From Lama glama (Eukaryota): 64,000 bases of DNA. The DNA lies in contig CM052817.1 in the NCBI GenBank assembly GCA_028534125.1, positions 6,264,001 to 6,328,000 of the forward strand, given 5' to 3'. Shown piece after piece: positions 24,700 to 38,268 of this stretch. The notes under the pieces are model-generated. The model was not told the DNA's origin, did not search any database, and worked only from the letters and a program-made list of their open reading frames with translations. The position numbers were made by a program, and so were the translations under genes. Within the stretch, counting starts at the first letter, position 1. Every line of letters starts with the position of its first letter.

Positions 24700-25180
24700 T
24701 GCAAGGTTTTTTCTTCCCTTCCTCATGTTTAGAATAAAAACCAAGCTTCTGATCCTTGTACACAAGTCTGTCCACTATTTGTCCCACTAGCCCTGCTTAC
24801 CTCATCTCTTCAATACAAAAACTCCTCCTTTCAACAGAGAAAACATTGATATTGTTACATCAGGACTTTGCCCATGCCATTCCATCTCCCTGGAACCCCT
24901 TCCTGCTCCTCTTTAGCAGATGAGAAATTCCTCCTCATTTCCCAAGACTCAGCTCCAATGCCATCTTCTCCACTCTCTCCAACTTGAGTTGTGTGCCCCT
25001 GCGCTGTGCTCCCAGGGCACGTTGGGTAGAATTCTGGCAAAGCACTCAACTTTGTCAATATTTATTTATGTATTTATCTCATCAACTGGATTATAAGACC
25101 TACCAGAGTGGTGTCCATGGATGGTTCATTTTCAGGTCCTTGGAGCCTAGCATAAGGGCTGGTGAGTAGCTGGTACAAAA
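24700..25180 (+). mobile_element. L2 LINE fragment
   Basis: caggactttgcccatgccattccatctccctggaac, caagactcagctccaatgccatcttctc, aactggattataagacc. Confidence 0.65.
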
Positions 25181-25559
25181 GAACCTCTTTGGCACTGAAC
25201 GACTGGAAATTTCTAATGGCAAAGTTTGGTCTAGCTGCCTGTTTTCAACTGAGCCCCAGGTCTCCCCCAGGCTTGGATGATGGTACCAAGCTTGCTACCC
25301 AGTTTCAAGGGCAGACATTGGATTCTCTTATGTCTGAAAGAGAGAACAAGCTCTGGGAATTGAGGTGAACTCAAGCAACAGAGGAGGAAACCACCATGTT
25401 AAGTATTTATTTGTTTGGAGAAAGTGTGTGGCTCACATTTTCAGCAGCCAGGTTGGAGAGTCTCATTGGGATATTGAACTAAGAGCTGCGGCAGCTTGCT
25501 TGGAAGGCAATAAAGGAAAATGTCATTAATTAATGACATCCTCTTTCCACCAGCGGATA

Positions 25560-25745
25560 TGTGGCATTTGGAGTCAGACAGATGGGAATTTAATTTTTAT
25601 CTCAATCTTCACCTGTGTGACCTTGAGAAAAGTTACTTAACTTTTCTAAGCCTCAGGATTATCATCATCTATGAAATAGGGATAATTGTACTTTCCAAGA
25701 GGGTTGTTGTGAGGAATCATAGATACAGTGTAGAGTATATGGTGT
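25560..25745 (+). mobile_element. MIR SINE (continues at about 26262-26330 after the L1)
   Basis: ttggagtcagacaga...tgtgtgaccttgagaaaagttacttaac...agggttgttgtgagga. Confidence 0.85.
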
Positions 25746-25764
25746 TTATAGCATTTATTTACTC

Positions 25765-26260
25765 TTTATTTTAACATTTTAAAGAGTTATAGTCAGTTTA
25801 CAATGCTGTGTCAATTTCCAGTGTAGAGAACAATTTTTCTGTTATACATGAACATACATATATTCATTGTCACATTCTTTTTTGCTGTGAGCTACCACAA
25901 GATCTTGTATATATTTCCCTGTTCTATACAGTATTATCTTGTTTATCCATTCTACACATGCCTGTCAGAATTTCAAACTCCCAGTCTGCCCCTTCCCTCC
26001 CACTCCCCCTTGGCAACCACAAGAGTTTGTGTTCTATGTCTATGAGTCTGTTTCTGGTTTGTATTTATGCTCTGTTTTTTTTTTTTTAGATTCCACATAT
26101 AAGCGATCTCATATGATATTTTTCTTTCTTTTTCTGGCTTACTTCACTTAGAATGACATTCTCCAGGAATATCCATGTTGCTGCAAATGGCATTATGTTG
26201 TCATTTTTAATGGCTGAATAGTATTCCATTGTATAAATATACCACATCTTCTTTATCCAA
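25765..26260 (-). mobile_element. Young camelid-type L1, 5'-truncated
   Basis: Reverse complement of 20320-20811 at high identity. Confidence 0.95.
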
Positions 26261-27099
26261 CATTTAGAATAGAGTATCTAAAGAAGCGTGGCACAAAGCG
26301 TCCTTTACTCGACAGCAACAGTTGTTATTGTGATGGACCCCATAATACTCGGTTACATGAGTCAGTATGGACATCTTCTGTGCTGAAATTATAATTCTAG
26401 GCAACTAACTTCTTTTCAACATTCTGTCACTTTCCAACACAAAACTGCACTCCCATGTTAATACTCCTCGAGATGACCATGTCATTACTTGGGGACTCCT
26501 TGAGGTTGGTGTATCCCAACAAAATCTGAGCAGATAACTTCAAGCAGATATTTCTGGGAAGTTATCAGTCAATGGCTAACCTCCTGCAGCAGTGAAGTTC
26601 TAGAATTTTCCATTTGATGATGATACTTCTTGACTTTTTATCTTTGATGTTAATATTCACTGTTACTGTGTCTTCCAGGCTTCTTAACATGGTTTATAAA
26701 GCCCTCCACATTCCCACCCTTAGGCCTTTATATAAGTTCTCCTCTGCCTGAAAGTTTGCAACATCCTCAACTTAACCCTCATCCTCCAGGCCAGGAGTTA
26801 ACTGTCATTCCATGAAGCCTTCACCAACCCTAAAGTAGATCAAAAGGGCTCTGTGTGCTTGTTTTTCCATCACTCATCACTATTTATATTACTTCTGGAT
26901 TGTAAATCTAAATCCACAATATTTTTGTTAACTCCTGGATTGAAAGAAGATAGCCCAAATTTATGTGAAGAAGGACTGTGTCTGTTTCCTGGCCCATGCT
27001 TTCTGGCAGACACATGTTAAATATTCTGTAAACAGTAATTGAATGGATGAATGGATGTGGTTGGTAATAGCCCTTTGAGCACATCCCTGGGGAGGCGTG

Positions 27100-27330
27100 T
27101 GACAGGATGGAGAGAGCTCTGGCTTTGGGGTCAGTGCACCTGGTTGAAAATATCAGCTCTGTTGCCTCTTACCTGGGTACCCACATTCAAGTTACTTACT
27201 TTTCTAGACCATATTTTCCTCATCTATAAAATGGGAACAAAACCCCACCCCCACCAGGTTTGCTGTCAGAATAAATGAATTAAAAAAAGAATCTAGGCCA
27301 GCTACCCTACACAGAGTAGGTATTTTGCCA
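27100..27330 (+). mobile_element. MIR SINE
   Basis: ggctttggggtcag...caagttacttac...ttcctcatctataaaatggga. Confidence 0.8.
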
Positions 27331-30300
27331 ATGACGGTGGGTCATATTGAGATTCCATCCTGATCACACCTTCTAGACTTTGTGCCACATTGATCAACAT
27401 TTTTCAGAATTGTGTTTTTGTTCAGTATGTAAGTGAGAATTTGTGTCTATACGTGTGTGTGTGAGCACTTATCTTTCTAATAACAGAGAGGTCAGAGTGT
27501 GCTTGTAACACAATTAAATGTGGGTGCAGGAGATTTACAGACTTCAGAGGATTATTTAAATGTTGCTTCTCTCTGCTCCATAGCTCAGTCTTGCTGCTAA
27601 TGGGTCATTCAGCCTTTAAATCCCACCAAATATATAACCTCTCAGAGGAGTGATCCCAGCCTTACTAGTTAGCCAAGCCTCTTTATTATACTTTGATACT
27701 GACCTCTTCAGCATATCATGATGATCATTTGTTAGTTGCCTGATTATATGTTTAATATGTGATTATATTTTATATCACCACCCCTTCCCCCACTACAAGC
27801 TTCATTATGGCTAGAAACACATCAGTTTTTCTCACCATCGCATCTTAAGTGTCCAGCAGAGTGGCTGGAACACAGAAAAAATGCACAAAAAAATTTGAGT
27901 CAATGAATAAATGAACAAATATAAAGACTGCATGCAACAAGTATATTTACTGCAACTCTGAGTTATAAAATGATTAAAAAAGCCAATAGTTGGCTTTTAC
28001 AGATCCAAGTTTGGCTAAAATCCAGCTGGAGGGGAAACAGTTTAGGAAACACATCAAAGTTTTCCAATCATCTTTGTTAAGGGTATCCTTTTAGCCAGAC
28101 AATTATGTTCCTCCTGTTCTACTTTCAGTAAACAAGTTTCAGAAGGGAGGTGCATTTTCAAAGATATTTGCCAATTTTATAGATGGATTTTTTTCCCTAG
28201 GTCTGATGAGTGAATGCCTATTAAAAAGGAAAAAGAAAAAAAAGTAGTTCAAATGAGACAGTTTTATCCCACTGAAGCATTTGTTTACTGTGGTATTTTT
28301 TTTCTTAATTGCTTTGAGGAAAATAGAGACCTTTACCTAATAATTGGAGTGATGTATCAATCAGTGTCCTATCAATTATTGCAAATGTACCTGCAAGCTT
28401 TTTGAGATGGAACTCAAGCTCATCATTGTTTTCTTTATCTTTATTATGATTTTTATGTAGCATGAACCAAATTACCCATTTTTCCCCTGCACACATGTTA
28501 TTTTGAAGCACTGTCCATGCTCAACACAGCTTCCATACATTAACCACAATGTTCATACAACATGCTAATGGAGGGGTCACTGATTTCTCTGTAAAGAGAA
28601 GTTCAAATACCAAATGATCCTCTTTAGGGGACGGAAAGGGCATTTTCAAGCATGCATTTGGCGTGATGTAGAAAATACCTACTCCAAGCATATAGATTTT
28701 TCTTTTTTTTTTGTCTTATTTATGTTACTCTGGGGGACTTGGGTTCATCGATTTTTATGAAGCTATGCCAGTGTTTTCCAACTGGTGCTTTATCTAAAAT
28801 AATGTCTTATCAAGAAAGTCATCAAAAACCATTCATTCATTCATTTGTTCATCTGTTCATTCATTCATCTGCTTGTTCAAATATTTGCTCACGGAGTCAA
28901 GAGAACTTTATTTAAAAATCTACCACCTGTCAGGAATGGTGCCAGGCTCAACGTAGTGGCTTAGGTGCCATTCACTCCACCTGACTGACCTTGCTGGAGG
29001 CCTTCCTCAGACAGTCAGCAGACACTGTGTTCCCTGGATAGTTGGTCATTACCCCAATGCATCTCTCCTCTTTTCACCAGAGCCTTGCATCAGGGATTGA
29101 CTATATGGTCTCATCTTGGGTAGAAAAGGCAGGCAAGCCAACAATCACAGTGCAGTGCGGCATATGTGAAGATGAGGCTGAGTGTAGGTGTGTATGTGTG
29201 AGCACAGGTGAAGGGTGTACCCCCCCTCCGCCAACACTGAGGGTGCGGAGGTGGAAAAGGAAGGTGGCATCTGAGCTGAGCATCATCAGACAAATGAGTT
29301 AGTGTGGAGAAGGAAGAAGAGAAGGAATTTAAAAGAGGGACCAGGTATATCTGGATTTCCCCAAGTTCTTTGTCAAAGCATTTCATGAGAATGTATATAT
29401 ATATATGCACGTGAGAAATGTTTCAAGAATTGGAGATAAGCATATTTTTCACTAGTCAAATAAGGCATGATCCTGTGAGAGTCTCAACATGCCCCTCTTT
29501 CCTCTTTTTTTCCCCCAGATCCTTCCTCTAGTTTTCCACGTGGCCTTCTCCTATGAACTGCTTTGTCTGTGTGGGAACTCATTCACTGATGGTGCCTAGA
29601 GCACACATTCCAGGCCTGTGTCTTTTCAACCAGTGTAATCCCGGGCTGAATCCCCTGCCAGTCATCTCCTGAAAGTGGCCAGCTGTGCAGATTCGGCACC
29701 TCTGGTGGAAGGTGATGGCATGTCTTCTGCAAACAGGAAGCACCCAACAAGTTCTGCTGACGCAGCAAGATGGGAAAGGCAGATAGGCAGTCACTGTTTT
29801 TCAAACTGACAGCTGGAAATAAAAAAACAATGGGGCCAAATGTTTTCACTGGGGCAGAGCATCTTGATGGGAAAGTTGAAACTGAATCAACTTAACGAGG
29901 AAGGGTGGTAGCTTTAGGTATCTTGCCTATTGGAGAACCATGCATAGGCAGATAAAGCCCCAGAAGAATGACTTAAAAGATATTAAAGAAGGAGATAAGG
30001 CCTCCAGGAAGCGTCCTGTGCTTACTATGTACATATAACACCACTATCAGTACCAACTCACTTGTAAGCCCAAATATGAAATTCAATAGCAGAAACTGCC
30101 TTTTCAGGCAGCTTAATACCATAGGACCCAATTAACTGGGGACAGATAGAAAGTGGAAGATAAAACAGTGTATAATGAGATCATAGGGGGTATGCAAATG
30201 AAATTCCACAGTCTTATAATATTGTGATAGAAAAGACATTTCTGCAAATCATTATATTTGTATATGAAGTATCAAAGAGCCTCCCTGATCCAGTGCCCTT

Positions 30301-30918
30301 GTGAAATCACACTCTGGGTTACAAAGAAATGCAGGTACAGTTAGATCCTGGTTCGCAGTTGCTCCATTTAGAAAGACCTGAGCCAAATGCATTATATCTT
30401 GTGAACCTATGGTTGCACCCAGCTCTTGGAAAAGCACAGAGCTTGGTTCTCAGCAATGTATGCCCCACTGCCCCCAAACTTTTATTTAGCATTATGTTAC
30501 AGAAAGGGGTAACAAAAGGGAAGAGAAAACCAGGAATTTCCATGAATCTAGAGTTCATTGGACAATGCTTTTCACACACATTCTTTAATCCACATTCTTG
30601 CAAGAAAGAGAACTTTGTCTTAGTTAAAAAAAAAATGAGCCCAAGGTTGGGAGGGGCTGACTGACTCATTTGAGACTGAGCAGAGGAGAGTTTGAGCCAC
30701 CATCTCAGAAATGCTAGCAGCTAACTGCATGACTCTGTCCTATATGGGAGGAATCTCAGGTGTGCACCAGGTACTACCTGGGTGCACCTGCGCGTTTAAG
30801 ATCAACGTCCTATTAAACCCTAGTCCTCTCACCTTTATGATCCCATCCTTTCCAGTAAACAAAAATAAAATAAGTTTCCAATTCATGGTGCTTAAATCTC
30901 TCATCTCTTGTCTTTGAT

Positions 30919-31001
30919 CTTTTTTTTTTTTCAAATGTAGGTCCTGGGAACTGAACCAAGAACCTCATTCATGCTCAGCATGAGCTGTACCCCTACCCCC
31001 C
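30919..31001 (-). mobile_element. Vic-1-like tRNA-derived SINE, partly deleted
   Basis: Poly-T followed by aggtcctgggaactgaaccaagaacctcattcatgctcagcatgagctgtacccc, the reverse complement of the SINE at 35425. Confidence 0.75.
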
Positions 31002-32299
31002 TATCTCTGAAATTTGTGACTTGAAGAAGAGCTTTCCATCCACAATTAAGCTGCTGGGATGGAAGGAGAGGTGTTATGCTTGCCCTGGTTTGTGGCTCCT
31101 CCTCTTCGATGTGATTTAATAACCAGGTTATCTTGGAAACAGAAAAGTGTCAATGAATACCCAAAGACACAATTATCTAACTTTCAACTTAATTTTATTT
31201 TCTGGGGCATGTTGGCAACTTGCCTGGGATATCGGGTTCATATTAAGAAAACTCCTATGTGTAACTCCATCACACAATTGCAGTCATGAGCTGTTTCAAG
31301 AGCTTCCAAAATCCAGCACAAATGCTGTTCCTGGTTCAGTTCCCACAGCATTTTCTACGTATCTGGCTCTAAATCTTCCAATGAGTACAATTCACTCCTT
31401 CCTCCTGGCCACTGGCCATCTGAGCTTTGGGTCTGCTCACAGCAAAAGTCAGATCCCTCTTTTGCATTACCTGTCTCTGTGTTTACTATATTATAGCTTA
31501 TTTATTTCATTTGCACACAACGCCTAATACCAATTTACCAAATTTAACTTTAGGTGATGATCAAGGAGTGTGCTCGGATTCCTATCACTTCCTGCCTCTA
31601 GGCTGGACTCCTTTCCGCCAATAAGACCCCAACGCAACCTGGCCCACCTCAGCCTTCAGAGGGAAGTGTGTTAGCTCCAAGTGTGCATGTCACTGTCATG
31701 ACATTTTTGTAACCCTTTGTTTATGTGTTTCTGGCTTGCACTATGCCGTAGACTGTGCCCCACCTGGGGGTGGGACTTCATTTATCTTCATTGATGAATC
31801 TTTGTTCTTTCACCTCTACACTTCACACTCTGTTCAGAGGCACTCATAAATGTTTAACCCTATAAATGAGCAAATGCAGTGAATGTTGAATGAATAGATT
31901 CACTTTACCAGTCACGAGAGCCAAGAATTGCCACCTGACCTTCCCCATCTTGGTAGGTTCAGCACATTTAAATCTATGAACTGCAGCCTGGACTCAAAAT
32001 GAAGAGTCAATGAATAAAGGTGAGGAAGAGGGTGAAGGGCCCTCAGTACATATGGTAGGGCATCCTTCATGGACCTCAAAAAACCTCAGTGTTGCCAAAG
32101 GCCCAAAGAGAAAATGGGCTTTTGTAACAACTCACGATTGTAGTAATCACAGTACATAATGTCCCTCCACACACCCTTCCATCTACAAGGAACAACATAC
32201 CTCTTGAAAACCAAGCTCCCAAAGAGGTCCATGGGCCAGAAATGGATCCCACGTATGTGCAGATGAGTGCTAGGGCAGAATTTCAATTCAAGAGCTATC

Positions 32300-32510
32300 T
32301 GGAGCCATCTGTTTGCAATGTGCTTTCCTGGACCATGTTTTATCTCAATCTTATAGTGATCTCAAGGCATAAGTAGAGCAGAAGTTATTATTTCCATTTT
32401 CAAGACGAAAAACTAGGCTCAAAGGGAAACTAAGTGACTTATCCAAGTACTTAGCGCCAATAAATAGTGCAGCCAGAACTCAAACTCGAATGTTCATTCT
32501 GCTCTATGAT
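32300..32510 (-). mobile_element. MIR SINE
   Basis: ttattatttccattttcaagacgaaaaactaggctcaaag...aagtgacttatccaag. Confidence 0.7.
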
Positions 32511-32639
32511 ATAATTGCTTAAAAAGAAAAAAAAAAGTTTGAAGAAAGAAAACAATATCTATTTACTTATATCCTTTGGGCACATAAACTGAATCAAGCT
32601 TCTCTGCCAGATGCCAGAGCTATAAATGGTGTGTTTTAA

Positions 32640-32850
32640 GGGGAAAAAACAGGCACTTGGAAGTCAAAACAAGTTCATGCTTGGCTCCCAAACTCACCAT
32701 CCATACCCTGTGACCCACAGGAAGTTGACTCACCTCCCAAGGTCAGTTTTCTCAACATAAAATTAGAAAAATAACACCTACCACAAACAGGTCTTCTGAA
32801 GATTAATTAAGTGACACCATTGTGCACAGTGTGTGGCACACAGTAGGTCT
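32640..32850 (+). mobile_element. MIR SINE
   Basis: ttggaagtcaaaac...cagttttctcaacataaaatt...tggcacacagtagg. Confidence 0.65.
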
Positions 32851-34194
32851 GCCAACTACAGTACTGACTTGTATTACCCTAATTCCCATAGATAAACCAG
32901 TCCCTAGATATGGTACATGCTTATATACTGGTTTTCAATTTATTGATTTGGGGGAGGGTTGTAAAGGTGAGAAACTACGTTGCATTTAGTTATAATTTTT
33001 TTTTATAAATCACCTTAATTTGAAGCAAATAAAATGACTGAAACTTCCAAATTAAGTGGTTAATGGCACAGCAACTGGTAGAAATGAAGGTGCCGAGGTG
33101 TTTATTCCAGCCTCAGGCAGCATGATCTGGTTCCACAGAGGAAATCTCTCCTTCCTGCTGTCCAGTCTTATCTCCCAGGACCCTTCCCAGCACAAAGCCA
33201 GCACGTGTGTGTGCATGTATTCACTCATGGGACGATAGGCTGGGCCTGTCCATGACCTTCGGGGTCAGACTCTGCACTCCAAAGCTTTCAGCTCAGTTCC
33301 CAGCCCCGATGTTCAACCTTGCTCCCGGAATAGGAAGCGGGCTCTCCAGCCAGCCTGACCCAGACTGCCTGCCCTTTGTAGCCACTCTGAGTCAGGTAGA
33401 GAGCCTCCCACAATTAAGGGGTTAGCAAATGTCTGGTTGTTGAATCCCACTTCCAGAGGCCAGCCCTCCAAACCAATAAAGACATAAATCTATTCACGTG
33501 TTTTTCTAAAGGTCATGGTATGACTCGTTCCATCCCTTGAGTCATCCTCTAGCAAAATTCAATGTCCCCAGTCATTTCTCTGAACTTTAAGGCCCCTTTC
33601 CCCTTCTGAACCTTTAAAAATGGCTGAATCTCTAGCACGAGGTGGGATCTCCCATTTTCTTTTTTTCATAGAAAACAGTCCAGACTCTCTAACTGGCTGC
33701 TTGAGCCCTGTCTCTGGTGCAGGAAATAGAGAAATGAGCCTGTGGACACACCTGGACTCTGAGAGCTCTGAAATTCTTGCCTGTTGTAAGATTTGCGAAC
33801 TAAGTTTCAACACACCTACCTCCGTAGCAACTTCCAGATCAAAGGAGGGATTCCTTAACTAACATAATTCTTTGATTTCTTTGTGTCTAAAGTGGGAGCA
33901 CAATGGCTGATAAAAGCAGAAATTAGCAACGTCTACATCAGTTGTAAATTATCAACATCAAAGCTGTGTTTTTATCACTTCCAGAGTTTTGTTTTTTGTC
34001 TTACTTTTGCTTTTTTCTTCTAAACAGGCTGAAAAAATGTTTGCAAAGAGGACACATTCAGTTTAAGCTAATACCATAGTTCTTGCATTACATGTTAGCA
34101 ATTTCAGCTTCTGAAATACCCAAATTGTTTGATCTTTTATCTGGGTTGGAGATAGAGGGCTTTGCAGGGGGTGCAGGGGCCAGTTACAAGACTC

Positions 34195-34740
34195 TGTGGT
34201 GACTTTAAAATATCTTCACAGACTCTTTGATGGTCTTCCCAGTGAGAGGTGGGATCTGTAGCCCCTCTCACAGAATCTGGGCTGGCTTTAGTGCCTCACT
34301 CTTCACCAACAGAATGCAGCAGAGATGGCCTGCCTAACTTCTGAGATAGGTCACAGAAGGTGAGGAGGCATCCACTGTGTCAGCTGGGGTGATTACCTTT
34401 GGAGTTCTGAGCTGGCAGGTTAGCAGCTGTTCTGCTTAGAAGCCCAAGGTATTAGCAAACGTACTAAACAATCAGTCTCTGTGCATACAATGCCCGTGTG
34501 CCATTATCCATGTGGGGAGATGACATGGAGAGGCCCAAAGACTGCACAGAGAGGTGACAGGCCAACTGTTCCCTGCCCCTCTGTAATTCCAGCTCCCCCT
34601 CCTGTCTGACTAGGAATTCGGGAGAGTCCCTGAGCCCTTCCTAAATTCCCGACCCAGAAAAACAGTGAAAGATGACGAAATGATTGTTGTTTCAATTCAC
34701 TGATTTGGGGCTAATTATTATACAAATACTAACTAGAACA
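34195..34740 (+). mobile_element. MLT1G/H-type MaLR solo LTR
   Basis: tgtggtgactttaaaatatc..ctttga..tcccagtgagaggtggg, ccaacagaatgcagcagag, gagcccttcctaaattcccgacccag, ends taactagaaca. Confidence 0.85.
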
Positions 34741-35424
34741 TTGTGTTTGTCAAATTTACTTGCAACTCCATCAATTAAAAAAAAAGTCCTACAATATGCC
34801 ATGGTCTAGGCTAAAGAGGAGATCCTTGGCCTTTCCACACTCCGGAGATGGCACTCTGGCACTAGGTGGCTAGGAATTCACTTTTTAGGGGACTCAATGC
34901 TATGTCATTGGCAGAACTAAAATGAGAGTTCACCAGGCAAAGAAGACAGAGAAGAATGCTCCGTCAGAAGAGGGACTGTGAGCAAGAGCCCAGGGATGTG
35001 TGGCTGCAACATGTCACCCAGGGCAGGGATGCTTCCACTACAGCTGAAGCTCAGGGTGAACTGTCACAGTGAGTGAACCTACAAAATGTAAGACTTAATG
35101 GGACATCAAAGCAGTTTTGAAAGGGACTTGAATGTCAGGAAAAAGTGTTTACATTTTCTCCTGTAAGCGATGGTTGGTTAAGTTATGGAGGGGTATTGAT
35201 CAGATGCATATTTTTAAACTACGCACACTCTCCTTCTATATATTTTTTTCATATATACCATAGATATATATTTTCATTTACACATACGTATGTGTAAATA
35301 AATGAAAAGAGACTTTCATAAGAAGAAATACAAATATAATTTGAAATACAAAATACAGTCATCATAATTTTAATACAGAAATACATAAGAAGTATACAAA
35401 GAAGATATTTAAACATTACCACAT

Positions 35425-35510
35425 GAGGGATGGTATAGCTCAGTGGTGGAGTGCGTGCTTAGCATGAAGAAGGTCCTGGATTCAATCCCCAGTACCTTCA
35501 TTAAAGAAAA
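35425..35510 (+). mobile_element. Vic-1-like camelid tRNA-derived SINE (short form)
   Basis: Pol III A-box tagctcagtgg, B-box-like ggattcaatccc, A-rich tail. TSD attaccaca at 35415-35423 and 35511-35519. Confidence 0.9.
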
Positions 35511-35589
35511 ATTACCACAAATTCCAATACCAAGATAGAAGCATTATTAACATTTCAGAGAATATCTACAGATATTTCTTCATGTGTAT

Positions 35590-36110
35590 TCTCTCATTTA
35601 AAAAGATTTATTGATCATCTAATATGTGCCAGGCAGTGATGAATGAGAAATTTTACGGTCCTAGGTTTCTTTGTGTTTGCAGTATAGTGATAGAGGTGGA
35701 TGAATGACAAATGCATGGATGATAAACTCAACACAGAAACAGTTGCAAGTTGTAATAAGAGCCATGGCCAGGAGCAAAACGTGTGCACTGAGACAGACTG
35801 GGGAGGTTTGCACAGAGTGGGAAAAGAAAGCTTTGATTAAAAAATGGTGTTTCAATGTGAAGGATGCCATAAGCTAAATAAGAATGGCTCAAGCAGAGGA
35901 ATGAACAGACAGAAGGAAAACTAAGTGAGAAAGAACTTAGGATGTCCAGAGACACAGTGTGGCTGAGCACAGTGAGGGAGGGTCCATGCTGTGACTTAAG
36001 ATTTGACCAGGGCAGCCAGGAAGTGGACTGTGGGTCACTGTAAAGAGTCTGCATATGCTCCCAGTGAAAAGAAACTAAATTAGTTTTAAATAGGGATGGC
36101 AGCTTTGGAA
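35590..36110 (-). mobile_element. L2 LINE fragment
   Basis: atttattgatcatctaatatgtgccaggcagtg, cagtgtggctgagcacagtgag. Confidence 0.7.
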
Positions 36111-36123
36111 ACATATGACTATA

Positions 36124-36466
36124 TGCTATGGTCTGAATATGTTCCTCCAATATTCATATGTTGAAACCTAACACCCAAGGAGATGCTGTTAAGAGATGGG
36201 GCCATTGAAAGGTGATTAGGTGAGGCCTTTGGGAGGTAATTATTATCCTTATAAAAGCAGCCTGAAAAAGCCCTCTTGCCCTTGAGTCATATGAAGTTGC
36301 AGGAAAGGATGTCATCCAGGAAGCAGGCCCTCACCAGACACCATATCTGCCAGCACCACAATCTCGGACTTTGCAGCCTCCAGAACTGTAAGAAATAAAT
36401 GTTTGCTGCTTATAAGCCACCCAGTTTATGCTATTCTGTTTTAGTAGCCCAAATAGACCAAGAATA
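36124..36466 (+). mobile_element. MLT1A0-type MaLR solo LTR
   Basis: tgctatggtctgaat, ggccctcaccagacacc, cagcctccagaactgtaagaaataaat. Confidence 0.9.
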
Positions 36467-36489
36467 TATAAATATAAGAATAACTTAAA

Positions 36490-37210
36490 AGAAATAGGAT
36501 TATAATAAACATGCTACTTTATTGCTGCATAAAATCTCTGAATGCTTTTATATGTGGATAAATATAGCTCTACATTATTTAAATGGCTACAGACTATTCC
36601 ATTATGTGCGTGTACTGTCATTAATTTAACCAGTTCCTCATGGATGGACATTTACTTTTCACTGTTTTCAAAAAATCCTGTGTTAAACAGCCACAGAGCA
36701 TGTGTTTTTATACACTCTCCTGAATAGTTGTAGGGAAAATTTAATTGAAAGGGAAGTCTGGGTTAAAGGGATATTCACTGTAAATTTTGTATCTTGCTTC
36801 TAGGTTCTCCCCACAAAATGTTATACCAGTATCTAGTTCCTGTAGCATTATATGAGAGGCCCCCTTTCCCCTCACTCCACAGACCCTAAAGTTGATATTT
36901 TAAACCTTTGCCAATATTATAGGCTAAAAACTTCTTATTTCATTTCCATGATTTTCTATTACCTGTGGGGTTGGGTGTCTTGTCATGTTTCCTATCTGGG
37001 ACTCAAGTTTTAGGAATTAGATATTTGTGTTCTTTGTTCATTTTTCCATGGATTTTGTTATCTTTTTTTCTTATTACTTTGTCATAGTGCTTAGAATAAA
37101 GCTAGTAAAATTATTTATTAAACTTCAGATTTTATATTTTTTTGTTTCTTTTTATGTGGTTAAATTCACCTGTCTTTTATTTTATGTTTTCTACTTTTGA
37201 GGTCAAGCTT
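36490..37210 (-). mobile_element. Ancient L1ME-type fragment
   Basis: aatggctacagactattccattatgtg...aatttaaccagttcc, tttgccaat. Confidence 0.65.
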
Positions 37211-37439
37211 TAACAGAAGTAGAAAATAATAATGTCATGAAGATGGCACAGTTGCATTTCTGGAGCATCTGACAAGGTCTATTGGATCATTGATGTATGT
37301 AATAGGAAAGTTCAGTAAGTTTAACAGTTTCTTAGGAAATGCAAATGTCAGCAGCTTTCTCACAATAGAAGCAGAAGGAAAATAGAACCCTCCCAAAATC
37401 CCACTCACTTGCAACAGGATCAAATAAATATAAGTAATC

Positions 37440-38030
37440 TTAGTTTAAGAATATAATTTTTATGATAAAAATGGAAAGGATCAACCTAGAGTAACATGAA
37501 GGAACAAGCAAATGAAGAAACTTATCTAGCTTGAGATGAGGGAAGACTCAGTATTGTGAAGACGGGGATTCGCACATTCTCCATCTACAAAGTCAATGCA
37601 CTTCCAATCAAAGTTTCAATGATTTAAAAAACAGATATAATTATTCTAAGGTTCATCTTGAAAAATAAATATGCAGCAATAGGAAAGACAATTATGAAAT
37701 GGAGGAATAATGAAAAGACAGTTTTAAGATTATAAATTAAAATATATTGTAAATCCCTGTTTCAATTAAAACAGAAATCAATAAAGAAATTGGCAAAATG
37801 ATGAGTGAGAGGAATCCAACTTAGAGCCAAATTCACATAGGAAATTAGTCTATGGCCAAGTTAGCATTAAAATCAGTGAAGGAACAGAGATTATTTAATA
37901 AATTGTATTGGGACATTTGGCAAACCATTAGGAGAAGAAAAATGAGATCATTTATGCACTTTTTACATCAAAATAAATTCCAAAGCAAGCAAAGCTTTAA
38001 TTGTAAAAGCAGACAAAACAACAATGCAGC
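37440..38030 (+). mobile_element. Ancient L1 ORF2 fragment
   Basis: EQRLFNKLYWDIWQTI resembles DSLFNKWCWENW. Also ggaagactcagtattgtgaagac. Confidence 0.7.
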
Positions 38031-38043
38031 TGTACGGATTCTT

Positions 38044-38268
38044 TTTTTTTTTTTTTTAGGAAGCTCACTTTATTTATTTATTTTTTAACTTTTTTTATTG
38101 ATTTATAATCATTTTACAATGTTGTGTCAAATTCCAGTGTAGAGCACAATTTTTCAGTTATACATGAATATACATATATTCATTGTCACATTTTTTTCTC
38201 TGTGAGCCACCATAAGATCTTGTGTATATTTCCCTGTGCTACATAGTATAATCTTGTCTATCTATTCT
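38044..38268 (-). mobile_element. Young camelid-type L1 3' end with short 3' transduction
   Basis: TSD gattctt at 38037-38043 and 38269-38275. Poly-T tract. Body is homologous to 20625-20811. Confidence 0.93.

Noticed and set aside
35425..35497. tRNA-like sequence with A and B boxes
   Set aside because: It has an A-rich tail, TSDs and diverged sibling copies, so it is a SINE rather than a tRNA gene.
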